A stretch of DNA of 64,000 bases. Origin: an uncultured Gemmatimonadales bacterium. GTDB lineage: Bacteria > Gemmatimonadota > Gemmatimonadetes > Gemmatimonadales > GWC2-71-9. Every line of letters starts with the position of its first letter. Position 1 is the first letter of the stretch. The stretch is taken from contig CAWJMT010000037.1 of the NCBI GenBank assembly GCA_963844035.1, positions 32,001 through 96,000 of the forward strand. Reading direction: 5' to 3'. Positions 19,317 through 30,390 of the stretch are shown piece by piece. Both the position numbers and the translations under genes were made by a program. Below the pieces are notes generated by a model. The model was not told the origin of the DNA. It did no database searches and worked only from the letters and a program-made list of their open reading frames with translations.

Positions 19317-20943
19317 CGTAGAAGCGCTCATCCACCCGAAACTCATCGCGCCGCTTCAGGTCCAGCTGGGCCGTCTGCCACGCCTCGGTGGGATGGATGA
19401 CGGTGTAGGGTTGCCGCTTCGTGAGGGTCACCCGCACCGGCATATCGAACCCCGGGACGACGTTGCTCCAGCGGTACGTCAGGGTCTTGCCGGCGATCTT
19501 GTACTCCAGGGTCGGGACCAAGGTGGTTGTGAGATACTGTGCGAACACGGTGCGCAAATCCACGCCCGCCTGCGTGCTGATGTAGTCCTCGACCTGACGC
19601 CCCGTCACCGTCTGGTGACGAAATGACTGGTTCAGGCCGCGTAGGATGCTCCGCCAGGTCGAGTCGTTGTCCACGACCTGGCGGATGGTGAGCAGCATGT
19701 TGGAACCCTTGTAGTAGCGGTCCTGCGACTTGGGCGTGTGGTTCACTCCGTACTGGCCCACGATCGGGACGTCGTTCTTGATACGTCCCCGCAGGCCCAC
19801 CAGATAGCGCTCACCGGCCTCCCGTCCCTGCTGGCACTCGGTGTACAGGCCCTCGGCGTACATCGCGAAGCTCTCGTGCAGCCACATCTCGGTGTGATCT
19901 TTGGCGCTGATGTTGTTCCCCCACCATTCGTGCGCGCTCTCGTGCACGATGATGAAGTCCCATTGCATGCCGAGGCCGGTGCCCGACAAGTCCTTGCCGC
20001 GGTACCCCTGCAGGTAGCGGTTGCCGTACGCGATGCCGCTTTGATGCTCCATACCCAGGTACGAGGTCTCGATCAGCTTGTAGCCGTCCTCGTACCACGG
20101 ATAGGGACCGAACCAGCGCTCGAAGCAGGCGAGCATCGCTGGCACCTGCCGGAATTGGATTGCGGCGGTATCGCGGTGGTAGGAGAGAGGCCAGAAATCG
20201 AGCGTCAACGGTCCCCGCTCACCCTGATAGGTGTCGCTCAGGTGGACGTAGTGCGCCGCCGCGTTGATCGCGATGTCGTAGCTGTTGATCGGTGCGCCGA
20301 CGAACCACTCGAAGGTGGACGTGCTGTCGCCGTTGGACGTGGTGCCCCGCAGGCGCCCGTTCGATACCGCGATCATCGGATCGGGTACCGTGATCGCGAT
20401 CCGCTGGCTGTCGGGCTCGTCCGCCGGATAGTCCTTGAGCGGCCACCAGGTGCTGGCGCCGATCGCTTCATCCGATGTCGCCACCCAGGGCGCGCCGAGG
20501 CTGTCGACGGCCCAGATGAACGGACTGGCGCTCGCCGAGTCCTCCGCCCGGTACGCACCGTGATAGAAGACGGTGAGGGTACGCCGCTCACCTGCCCGCT
20601 GCGGCGCCTCGAGCGCCACAAAAAAGGCGTTCCCGTCGCGGGTGAACCGGAGGTGCTCCCCGTCCTGGACGACGCTGTCGATGTCGAGCGGGGGTTGCAG
20701 GTCGATCTGCATGTCCTGCAGCGGCGCGAGGACGTCGTACGTGATGGCGTTGGAGCCGCGGACGGCGCTGTCCGCCGGGCTCACAGCGGCCTGCAGGTCG
20801 TAGTAGGTGACGTTCCACCAGGCGCGCTGCGGCGTGTTGGAGCCCCGCAGCGTGTCGGCCCGGGTGAACGTTTGCCGCTCTTGCGCCAGGCTCGCGACGC
20901 CCGGGAACAGCACCAGGACGAGGATCAGAAGGGCGGTGCGCAT
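19273..20943 (-). CDS. M1 family zinc aminopeptidase, exported
   Basis: YLGMEHQS and HESAHEWWGN...WLHESFA; signal peptide. Confidence 0.9.
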   Translation of the reverse strand: MRTALLILVLVLFPGVASLAQERQTFTRADTLRGSNTPQRAWWNVTYYDLQAAVSPADSAVRGSNAITYDVLAPLQDMQIDLQPPLDIDSVVQDGEHLRFTRDGNAFFVALEAPQRAGERRTLTVFYHGAYRAEDSASASPFIWAVDSLGAPWVATSDEAIGASTWWPLKDYPADEPDSQRIAITVPDPMIAVSNGRLRGTTSNGDSTSTFEWFVGAPINSYDIAINAAAHYVHLSDTYQGERGPLTLDFWPLSYHRDTAAIQFRQVPAMLACFERWFGPYPWYEDGYKLIETSYLGMEHQSGIAYGNRYLQGYRGKDLSGTGLGMQWDFIIVHESAHEWWGNNISAKDHTEMWLHESFAMYAEGLYTECQQGREAGERYLVGLRGRIKNDVPIVGQYGVNHTPKSQDRYYKGSNMLLTIRQVVDNDSTWRSILRGLNQSFRHQTVTGRQVEDYISTQAGVDLRTVFAQYLTTTLVPTLEYKIAGKTLTYRWSNVVPGFDMPVRVTLTKRQPYTVIHPTEAWQTAQLDLKRRDEFRVDERFYVTAKNVGDAALPRP

Positions 20944-20982
20944 CGAGAATGAAAGCTACATCCGCCATTCCGGGCGCAACTG

Positions 20983-21118
20983 TGTTACATTTACCGGCGC
21001 TGGGAGCGGTTCGTCACCTTCGGCGGACCGAGGCGTTACCCAATCGGCCCCCCAGCAGGCAGTGACCACGACCAATGGGAGCGTATTTCCTCGTGCAGCG
21101 CTCAAAGTTCGCGGGAGT
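20983..21118 (+). promoter_or_regulatory. Extended -10 promoter and structured 5' leader of nadBAC (candidate cis-regulatory RNA)
   Basis: TG-T-TACATT at 20983-20991; stems 20999-21004/21051-21056 and 21007-21015/21022-21030. Confidence 0.45.
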
Positions 21119-22650
21119 GTGACTGGCCGGAAAAACGGCCGGATCATCATCGTCGGTACCGGTCTCGCCGGCCTGTGGACGGCGTGGCGCCTGGCGCTTG
21201 AAGGGCGTGCGTCGGTGCTGCTCACCAAGGGAACCCTGGCCGACAGCGCCAGCGCCTGGGCGCAGGGAGGCATCGCCGCCGCGCTCGGGCCCGGTGACAG
21301 CCCGGCGCTGCATGCCGCCGACACCCTCGCCGCGGCGGACGGCCTCGCCGATCCGGAGGCGGTGCGGGTGCTGACCACCGAAGGACCGGAGCGCATTCGC
21401 CAGCTCATCACCCTGGGCGCGACGTTCGACCGCGGGCCGGACCGCGCGCTGCGGCTGGGGCTCGAAGGCGCGCACAGCCGGCCGCGCATCCTCCACGCCG
21501 GCGGCGACCGCACCGGGGCCATGCTGGTCGGGTGCATCGCACAGATCGTGGCACGCCATCCGCTGATCGAGATCTACGAGCACACCGAAGTGACGCGCTT
21601 GCTCGTCGCGGGAGACCGCGTCGTCGGGGTCGCCGCCGTACGGCGGGGTGCCTCCCCCTTCACCCTCACGGGCCCAGCGACCGTGCTGGCGACCGGCGGG
21701 GTGGGGCAGTTGTTCGCGGTCACCACCAACCCGCTTCCCGCGACCGGCGACGGCTGGGCATTGGCACACGCCGCGGGCGCCGAGCTGCGGGACCTCGAAT
21801 TCCTTCAGTTCCACCCCACGGCGGTCAAGCTGCCGGGCGTGAATCCCGCGCCCCTCATTTCCGAAGCGGTGCGGGGCGCCGGGGCCTTCCTGGTGGATGA
21901 CGCCGGTCGCCGCTTTGTCCTGGACGTGGACGCCCGCGGTGAGCTTGCCTCGCGCGACGTGGTGGCGCAGGCGGTGGCGGCCCAGGACGAGGCCGGCGGC
22001 GCGTGGCTCGACGCACGCCACATCGCGGATTTCGCGACGCAGTTCCCCGGCGTCACGGCCCTGCTGGCGCGCTACGGCATCGATCCAACCCGCGACCGCA
22101 TCCCGATCACGCCCGCCATGCACTACGCGATGGGCGGAATCCGCACGGACCTGGACGGTCGCACCACGCGTCCGGGGCTCTGGGCGGTGGGGGAGGTCGC
22201 GTGCACCGGCGTGCACGGGGCGAACCGCCTGGCGTCGAACTCGCTGCTCGAGGCGATGGTGTTTGCCGACCGGGCGGCGCGGGCGGTGGCCGCGGAGCGC
22301 GGTCCCGCGCGGCGGTCTTCGCGAACGTTCGCCACCGCCCCGGCCGGCGAGGCGGGGGCGGGCGCGGGGGCGGACGACGATGCGGCGTACGAGACGGTTC
22401 GCGGCACGATGCGGCGCGTCATGAGTCACGACGTGGGCGTGCGGCGGAGCGAGGCGTCGTTGCTGCGGGCCGAACGGGTGCTCGCGCGAGCTGGTCGCGG
22501 CCACGCCCGGTCTCGGCGTGGCGGACCCGGAACCAGCTGCTCGTGGCCGAGCTGATCACGCGCGCGGCCCTCGGCCGGCGCGAGAGCCGCGGCGGCCATG
22601 CGCGCGTGGACTTCCCCGACCACGCGCTGGTGGTGGGTGGACACCGATGA
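21119..22650 (+). CDS. nadB: L-aspartate oxidase (frameshift near 22500; alternative GTG start at 21062)
   Basis: GTGLAG, SAWAQGGIAA, EGAHS, QFHPT, HYAMGG, HGANRLASNSLLE, RRESRGGH. Confidence 0.95.
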
Positions 22651-23609
22651 TCATGTCCCCGGAGCGCCTGCACGACCTCGCCAGTGAGGTGCGGGCGTTG
22701 AAGGCCGAGCGCGGCGCGGCGATTCTGGCGCACAACTACCAGCTGCCCGAGATCCAGGACGTGGCCGACGTGGTGGCCGACTCGCTCAAGCTGGCGCGGC
22801 AGGCGAGCGATCTCGATGCCTCGGTGCTCGTGATCTGCGGGGTGCACTTCATGGCCGAGACGGCCGCGATCGCCAATCCCGACAAACTGGTCCTGATCCC
22901 CGATCTCCGCGCCGGCTGCTCGCTCGCCGAGACGATCCGGCCCGAGGACCTGGTGGCGTGGCGTGCGGAGCACCCCGGCGGGCTGATCGTCGCGTACGTG
23001 AACTGCAGTGCGGCGGTGAAGGCCGAGGCCGACTACTGCTGCACGTCCGGCAATGCCGTGGCCATCGTGAAGTCGTTGCCGCCCGGCGTTCCGGTGCTGT
23101 TCGTCCCGGATTTCTTCCTCGGCAGCCACGTACGCCGGGTCACGGGCCGCGACATGGATGTCTGGATGGGGGAGTGCCACGTGCATGCTGCGCTGACCCC
23201 CGACGTGCTGGCGGCCAAGCGGCAGGAGCACCCGGATGCGGAGTTTCTGGTGCACCCGGAGTGCGCCTGCGTGACGAGCGCGATGTACTACGCCGAGGCG
23301 GATGGCGATGTCGCGGCCGGCCGCACCCGCATCGTTTCCACCGAGCAGATGATGCGCCGCGCGCGGGAATCGACGGCGCGGGAATTCGTGATCGCGACGG
23401 AAACAGGGGTGCTGCACCGGCTGCGGCGCGAGAATCCCGAGAAGGCGTTCTTCGCGGCGGCGGAGTCGGCGGAGTGCCGCTACATGAAAATGATCACGCT
23501 CGAGAAGCTGCGCGACTCGCTGCGCGACCTGAAGTACGAGGTCACGGTGCCCAAGGAGACGGCGGCGCGGGCGCGCCGTGCCATCGATCGGATGCTCGCC
23601 ATTGGCTGA
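22647..23609 (+). CDS. nadA: Quinolinate synthase
   Basis: ILAHNYQ, CGVHFMAET, AGCSLA, CHVH, HPEC, CRYMK. Confidence 0.97.
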   Translation: MIMSPERLHDLASEVRALKAERGAAILAHNYQLPEIQDVADVVADSLKLARQASDLDASVLVICGVHFMAETAAIANPDKLVLIPDLRAGCSLAETIRPEDLVAWRAEHPGGLIVAYVNCSAAVKAEADYCCTSGNAVAIVKSLPPGVPVLFVPDFFLGSHVRRVTGRDMDVWMGECHVHAALTPDVLAAKRQEHPDAEFLVHPECACVTSAMYYAEADGDVAAGRTRIVSTEQMMRRARESTAREFVIATETGVLHRLRRENPEKAFFAAAESAECRYMKMITLEKLRDSLRDLKYEVTVPKETAARARRAIDRMLAIG

Positions 23610-24445
23610 AGCGCTGGGCGCGGAGGAAGTACGGCGCGCCCTCGCTGAAGATCGGGCCGACGACGACGTCACGACCCGCCTGCTCGGTGCCCGCGCAGAG
23701 AGCGCAGCGGTCGGGCGGTTCATCGCCGAAGGGCGCTTCGTGGTTGCCGGGCTTCCGATCGCCGCTCGCGTCTTTCAACAGCTCGAGCCCCTGGCCCGCG
23801 TCGATCCCGCCGTGCCGGAAGGGGCCTGGAGCGTGCCGGGTGAGACGATTGCCACGGTGCACGCCAGCGCCCGGACGCACCTCGCGGGCGAGCGCGTCGC
23901 GCTCAACTTCCTGCAACATCTCTGTGGAGTGGCGACGCTGACGCGTCGGGCGGTGGATGCGGTCGCGGGCACGGGTGCCCGGATCACGCACACCCGCAAG
24001 ACCACGCCGGGCCTGCGCGCCCTCGAGCTATACGCCGTCCGGGTGGGCGGCGGAGTGGAGAACCGGGTCAGCCTCGCCGACGCGATTCTCTGGAAGGACA
24101 ATCACTGGGCCATGGTGGCGGCCGGCGAGCGGTCGCTGGCGGAGGCGCTGAACAATGCGCCCGACGGTGTGCCGGCTGATCGTCGAGGTGGAGACCGAGG
24201 CGCAGCTCGAGCAGGCACTCGCGGCCGGCGTCCGGCACATTCTCGCCGACAACCAGCCGCCCGAGCGCATCGCGGACTGGGTCCGGCGAGCGGGGCCCGG
24301 CGTCACCATTCAAGCCTCGGGCGGCATCACGGCCGAGACCGCCCGCGCCTACGGGGAAGCGGGGGCGGGGCTGATTTCGATCGGCGCGCTCACCCACTCA
24401 GCGCCCGCGGCCCCGATCCGCTACGAGATCGCGCTGGTGGCCTGA
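23602..24445 (+). CDS. nadC: Nicotinate-nucleotide diphosphorylase (frameshift near 24175)
   Basis: ERVALNFLQ, TRKTTPGLR, KDNH, VEVET, ASGGIT, ISIGALTHSA. Confidence 0.95.
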
Positions 24446-24883
24446 GCGAGAGCCGGCTCGACCGCGACCTGGACCTTGATGCCGTGTCGCACGCTCTCGG
24501 TCACGATGCAAAAGTCCTCGAACAGCTCGAGGCACCGCCCCATCCGTTCCCGCTGTTCGGGCTCCATGTCCGGCGCCATCGTCACCTGGATCTCGCCGAT
24601 ACGCAGGCGGCCCCGCTCGTTGCGCTCGAGGCTGACGTCCACCGCGATGCGCAGCCCGTGAATTTCAATTCGCGACCGGCGCAGGCAGAAGAGCAGGCTG
24701 GCGCCGAGGCAGTTCCCGACCGCCGCAGCGAGCAGGCGGGCCGGATTCGGGCCGCGGCCCATCCCCGAGTGGTGGAGACTCATCCACCTCGAGGTCGGGC
24801 ACGCCGTCCTGCCCGAAATCCACCGTGAAGGCGTAGTCGTGCTGGAGAGTCAGTGTGAGCGCAAATCGACTGTCGTGCGTCAT
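24421..24883 (-). CDS. OsmC family protein (frameshift near 24765)
   Basis: DESPPLG, GPNPARLLAAAVGNCL, FEDFCIVTESVR. Confidence 0.85.
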
Positions 24884-25095
24884 AAGCCCATTCCCCGTGA
24901 AAGCCGCAGCGGCGCGTCAGTGCGGCCGCCGTTTCAAGAGAACAGTGAGCACGTGGGAGAGTCTTGAAGCGGGATTGAGACTCGCTTCATCCAGCTCCGC
25001 CCGAGCCCAATGAAGATTTCTTCAGCGTTATCCTTACGCGGCCGCACCGGTCGTGGGGACACCTTGAACTAAGGAATTAAAGGAGGGAGGAATCC

Positions 25096-25530
25096 GTGAA
25101 GCAGACAACCCGGTACGGCTTCGCGACGACCGTCGCGCTGCCTTACGCACAAGCCCTGCAACGCACCCGCGAGGAACTGGCGAAGGAGGGCTTCGGCGTG
25201 CTGACTGAGATCGATGTCGCGGCGACATTGAAGAAGAAGCTGGATGTGGCATTCCGGCCGTACACGATTCTGGGAGCGTGCAATCCGCCGTTGGCCCACA
25301 AGGCGCTCACGCTGGAGCGCGACATTGGGCTACTGCTCCCCTGTAATGTGGTGGTCTATGCGGCCGACGATCCCGCCCAAAGCGTAGTCGCCGCGATGGA
25401 CCCCATCGCTGCTCTCGAGCTGACCGGAAACCCACAGGTGCGGGCGGTCGCCGAGGAGGTGCGAGCGCGGCTGGAGCGCGTCTTGGCTGCACTCGAATGT
25501 GGGCTGGTGCCGGCGGGCTCGGGGACCTGA
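25096..25530 (+). CDS. DUF302 domain protein
   Basis: EGFGVLTEIDV, ILGACNP, IGLLLPCNVVV; strong RBS. Confidence 0.9.
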   Translation: MKQTTRYGFATTVALPYAQALQRTREELAKEGFGVLTEIDVAATLKKKLDVAFRPYTILGACNPPLAHKALTLERDIGLLLPCNVVVYAADDPAQSVVAAMDPIAALELTGNPQVRAVAEEVRARLERVLAALECGLVPAGSGT

Positions 25531-25562
25531 CCGGCGATCGATGGCGGACGTTCGGTAAACAA

Positions 25563-25589
25563 AGAACCCCGGCGTGGTGCCGGGGTTCT
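25563..25589. terminator. Terminator hairpin between convergent genes
   Basis: AGAACCCCGGC-GTGGT-GCCGGGGTTCT; U-rich tail on the minus strand. Confidence 0.8.
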
Positions 25590-25614
25590 AGGGGAGTCCG
25601 CGCCTTCCGTTGCG

Positions 25615-26028
25615 CTACGCTTTCTGCACCCGGAAGTTCACCGTGCCGCTGTAGTTCGTCAGTACGAGTCGGATTGTCCAGTTCCCGGTTGCCCCTACGC
25701 TCGTTTGCGTGCTGCCGCCCACGCTGAGGGATTGCGAGTACACCTGGATGCCGTTGGCATCGAGGATGGTGAGCACCGCCGTCCCGGCGGTGATCGTCGT
25801 GGACTGATCCGCGCTCGCCCTCGTCCCAGAGTTCGCCCACGTGTAGGTGTACGTACCGGTGGCGTTCGTGACGTCGGTCGCCTGAAACTGAAAATTGTCC
25901 GGCGCGTTGTTGATCTGCGGCTGGAACGCCGCTAGCGAGGTCGTGCTGTCCCCGCAGGCGACCAGCAGTGCGATCGCGGTCAGAGCAACGAGCCGGGCCA
26001 CCGATTTCGAGCGGTCCAAGGCGAACAT
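25615..26028 (-). CDS. Hypothetical Thr-rich beta-strand lipoprotein
   Basis: RBS GGAG; lipobox LLVAC. Confidence 0.75.
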   Translation of the reverse strand: MFALDRSKSVARLVALTAIALLVACGDSTTSLAAFQPQINNAPDNFQFQATDVTNATGTYTYTWANSGTRASADQSTTITAGTAVLTILDANGIQVYSQSLSVGGSTQTSVGATGNWTIRLVLTNYSGTVNFRVQKA

Positions 26029-26184
26029 TGTAGAAGCTCCTGAGAAGAGAGTTGCGCCGGTGCAAACGACGACCCCAATATTCGTTTGCAATGCACGTAA
26101 TGCGGTGACAACCCTCACTCGTCGAGCCGTTCATGCTGTGTCGTTCCAGTGCGTCCAAACTGCACACTACGGGTCGCACACCTT

Positions 26185-26240
26185 CATCTTCATGAAGATG
26201 CCGACTTCATGAAGATGCCCGACTTCATGAAGACGCCCGA
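26185..26240. repeat. Three tandem 17-18 bp units each containing the palindrome CTTCATGAAG
   Basis: Units at 26188, 26205 and 26223; the first extends to the 16-bp palindrome CATCTTCATGAAGATG. Confidence 0.9.
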
Positions 26241-26251
26241 CGTTCCGGATC

Positions 26252-27554
26252 TCATTTTAGATTTCTCAGGTCGGTCGACGGTGTAGGACGGACTGCCTTG
26301 GTCGTGCGCTCCACCGCCAGCCGCTTCTCGTAGTCGTCCACGTTCGGCGGCGCGTACGCCGGCCCGCGGAGCGCCATTCACGCTCTCGTGCAGCTGCTCG
26401 GCGGTCACTCGGAACGGATCCCGGACGCCGTACTGTCCCAGCCCCCCATCGATATCCCGAATCCTCCGCCCGCCCAACAGTCCGTAATACCACTTGTAGG
26501 AGTCGTGCAGGGTGACCTCTCCCGGAACGGCCGCCGCCAATGCGCGTGTGTCCAGCTCGAGCCGGCAATACCTGGTCACGCGGTTCACCATCCAGCGGAG
26601 CGTCAGGTTCGCGAGATCGCGCTCGGCGAACGCGTAGCCGCCGCCCACATCGGAGTGCACGCCGGCGAACCACGCCTGCTCGAGATGCTGTCCCGCGGCC
26701 AGCGCTCCGGGCTGCTGCTCCCAGAGGGTCGGGATGAAGGGCCGGCGCCGCTCGTCCACCGCGACGGCGTGAAAGGCGCGGTCCACGCGGCTGCTCAGCG
26801 TCACATCGTGGAAGCCGAAGCGGTGCTGGGTCAGTCGGCCCAGCAGGCCGACGGGGATGCCGAGTGCCCCGACCGTGTCCCACACGCCGATGCAGGTGAT
26901 GCGAAAGTCAGGGTGCGAATGGCGGGTGCGAAAATCCACGGCGGGCAGAGCGGCGGGAGCGCTCGCGGCGCTGCGTTTGCGGTATAGCCGATACGCCTCG
27001 GCGATCACCGCGTCGAGATCCGCGCCGGAGTGCTTGTTGCGATCGATGATGCCGCTGTTGCGCACCAGGCCCGCGAGGTAGCGGACGGTGTACGCCCCGC
27101 GGCTGAATCCGAACAGGTAGACCGCGTCGCCGGGCGTGTAGCACTGGACGAGTATCCGGTAGCAATCGACGATGTTGCGCTCCAGGCCGACCCCGGCGAT
27201 GCCGCCGAGCATCCGGTCGACAAAGCCGCCGGTCCCGACACCGGGATGGTAGTACGCGACCTGGGGGGTGCCGTCCCCGGCGAGCGGCGGGACGAACTGG
27301 TGCAGCAGCCAGACGTTCGACGGCGCCGCTCTGCCGTGCTCGATCGTGCTGGGCTTGTTCCACGTGCCGTCGGCGGAGATGACGATCCGCTTCCGCTGGT
27401 CCCGGACCGCGTTCGGATCCTGGTTCAGCTTCTCCGCCGGGTCGCGGCCGATGCCCCCTGGGTCCGGCGGGATGAGCCTGAGCGGCTGGCCCGACGGTGG
27501 TCCGGGGGGCGCCAGGGGCTCGAAGGTCGCAAGCAGGCGCGTCGTGTCGCTCAC
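26252..27554 (-). CDS. DUF2235 alpha/beta hydrolase (Tle1-like; frameshift near 26370)
   Basis: DGTWN, FGFSRGA, GVWDTVG, FAGVHSDVGGG; restored C-terminus YAPPN...RNLK*. Confidence 0.9.
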
Positions 27555-27684
27555 GAATATTTTCCTCCACGGGTGCCGCAAGATTCTTGCGGCCCTCTGC
27601 TACCGCAAGTGGGCCGAACCCTTAGTCCCGCTCATGCACCCAGGGTGGAGTCCCCGTCGCGGCGACGGCCTGTATGTTATGGCG

Positions 27685-30322
27685 ATGGCCGACGCTCCAG
27701 ATCTCATCTTCCGTCGCATCGCGCACGCCCTCGCCGACCGCTACCGGCTGGAGCGAGAGCTGGGAGCGGGAGGGATGGCCACCGTCTACCTGGCGCACGA
27801 CCTGAAGCACGGGCGCCAGCTCGCGATCAAGGTGCTCCGCCCCGAGATCGCCGCGTCGATCGGCGCAGATCGCTTCTTGCGCGAGATCCACGTCGTCGCC
27901 CAGCTCCAGCATCCCCACATTCTGACGCTGATCGACTCCGGCGAGGCCGACGGCCTGCTGTATCTACGTGATGCCATACGTGGACGGCGAATCGCTCCGG
28001 TCCAGGCTCAGCCGCGGAGGCGGGCGTTGCCGGTGCCCGACGCCGTCCAGGTGCTGCGCGACATGGCCGACGCGCTCGCTTACGCGCACGCGCACGGCGT
28101 GGTGCACCGCGACGTGAAGCCGGAAAACGTGATGCTCACCGGCCGCCACGCGCTGGTGATGGACTTCGGCATCGCGAAGGCGGTGAGCGAGACGACGTTC
28201 GCGAGTCGCTGACGACGGCGGGCCTGGCGGTCGGGACACCCGCGTACATGGCACCCGAGCAGGTGGCCGCGGACGCGAGCGCTGGACCACCGGGCCGATC
28301 TGTACGCGCTGGGCGTGGTGGGTACGAGATGCTGACGGGACGCACGCCGTTCGCCGGCATGTCGCCGCAGGCGATGCTCGCCGCCCACGCGACCCGGCCG
28401 CCGGAGCCCGTCGCCGGCACGCGGCCGAACGCGCCGGCGAGTCTGAGCACCCTCATCATGCGCTGTCTCGAGAAGGATCCGGCCGACCGGTACCAGAGCG
28501 CCGGCAAGGTGCTGCGAGGCGCTCGAGCGGTTGGCGGTGGCGGGGACTGACGCGGCGCCGCGGTCGCACGTCTCGAGTGGGCGGCGGGGTTGGGGGCGCT
28601 GGCGTGCTCGCGGTCGCTTCTCGTGGTCCTCGTCATCCGCAGCCGGGGGCGCGGGAGCCGCGAGCGCCTGCGCACCTCGTGCAGGCGACGTTCCGCCAGG
28701 GCGTGCAGCAATCGCCTGCCTGGTCGCCCGACGGCACGCAGCTCGCGTTCAGCGGTGACTCGGGAGCGGTGCGAAAGATCTTTCTCACGCACCCGGACGG
28801 GGAGGTGACCCTGTTGAGCGGCGGAGCGTACGATGAGCTACAGCCCACCTGGTCACCCGACGGACGAACCGTCCTCTTTGTGCGGGCCCAGCGCCCGGGC
28901 GTGCGGCTCGAGCCCGGCGACGTGTTCGGCGAATACGAGGGCGGCGATATCTGGGCGGCGGACGTGCGCACCGGGGACGCCACCAAGCTGATCGGGAACG
29001 CGTTCAATCCTGCTTACTCCCCACGCGGCGATCGCATCGCGTTCGACGCCCGCTGGGCGGAGGCGCGCCGTATTTGGGTGGCTGATCGCGAGGGACACAA
29101 TCCCGAGCAGCTGAGCGTCGACAGCTCCGAGGCCGTGACGCACATCCGGCCGCGCTGGTCGCCCGACGGCGCGCACCTCGTGTTCCAGAACATCGAGCGG
29201 ACCAATTTCAGTATTCGCGTCGTCAGCGTGGCGTCGCGCACGACCAGGGCGGTGACGAACGCGCTGTTTCAGGACCTGAATCCCGTGTGGGCGCCGAACG
29301 GCCGCGCCATCTATTTCTCTTCGGTGCGGAGCGGCGGCCTGAACCTGTGGCGCATTCCCGTCAGCCCCGATGGAACGCCATCGGGCGCTCCGGAGCAGGT
29401 CACGAGCGGAGGCGGACAGGACGTGGACGCCGCGATCGCCCCCGATGGCAACCGGGTTGCCTTCGCGATCCTGCGGCAGAACGCCGACATCTGGCGGCTC
29501 CCGGTGGCGCCCGAGACGGGAGTGCCGACGGGCCCGCCGCAAGCGCTCATCGCCACGACACGGGAAGACAGCCGCGGCGCCTGGTCTCCGGATTTCCGCA
29601 GGATCGCGTTCAACTCGGATCGCAGCGGCCAGATGAACCTCTGGGTGTACTCGCTCACCGACGGCTCCACCCGCCAGCTCACCCAGGGCCCGGGCGGCGA
29701 TTTCCAGCCCACCTGGTCCCCCGATGGCACGCGCATCGCGTTCTTCTCCTCCCGGGCGGGGAGCGTGGACATCTGGACGGTGGCGGTCGCGAGCGGCGCA
29801 CTGACGCGGCTCACCAGCACGTCCTCGATCGACGTCAACCCGTTTTTCTCCCCCGACGGAAAGCAGATCGCCTATCAATCGGACCACGGCGGGCGCCTCG
29901 AGGTCTGGGTCATGAACGCCGATGGCAGCGCGGCGCGGCAGCTCACCCGCTCCGGGGTGTCCGGCCATTTCATGCGCTGGACAGCCGACGGGCGCGCGGT
30001 GGTGTTCCGCTGTCCGTGCGGCACCACGCCGCAAGTGATGCGGGTGCCCCTGGACGGCGGCCCTCCCGAGCCGGTCGGGAACGTGGCCGGCGGCGCGCAC
30101 ATCTCGTTCGCCCCAGGTCACGGACGCATCATGGATGTGGTGGGGCACAAGACGCTGTGGGTTTCACCCCTGGCGGGCGGGAAGCCGGTGCCGAGGTTCG
30201 CGTTCGACGATCCCGATGTCCGGATCGACTACCCGACGTGGTCCCCGGACGGGCACTGGGTGCTGTTTGACCACTTTCGCCCGCAGGGTGCCGACATCTG
30301 GGTGATTGAGGACATCAAGTGA
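27685..30322 (+). CDS. Ser/Thr protein kinase fused to a TolB-like PD40 beta-propeller (several frameshifts at 27960-28700)
   Basis: LGAGGMATVY, HRDVKPEN, DFG, MAPEQ; many P.WSPDG repeats. Confidence 0.9.
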
Positions 30323-30390
30323 AACCGGACGGGAACCCGCGCCCGGTGCCGCGGCGTATAAGAGGAGCCCTACACTCCGGAGAACGCTCC

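Noticed and set aside
26185..26240. Possible mini-CRISPR
   Set aside because: Units are contiguous with no unique spacers, too short, and there are no cas genes.
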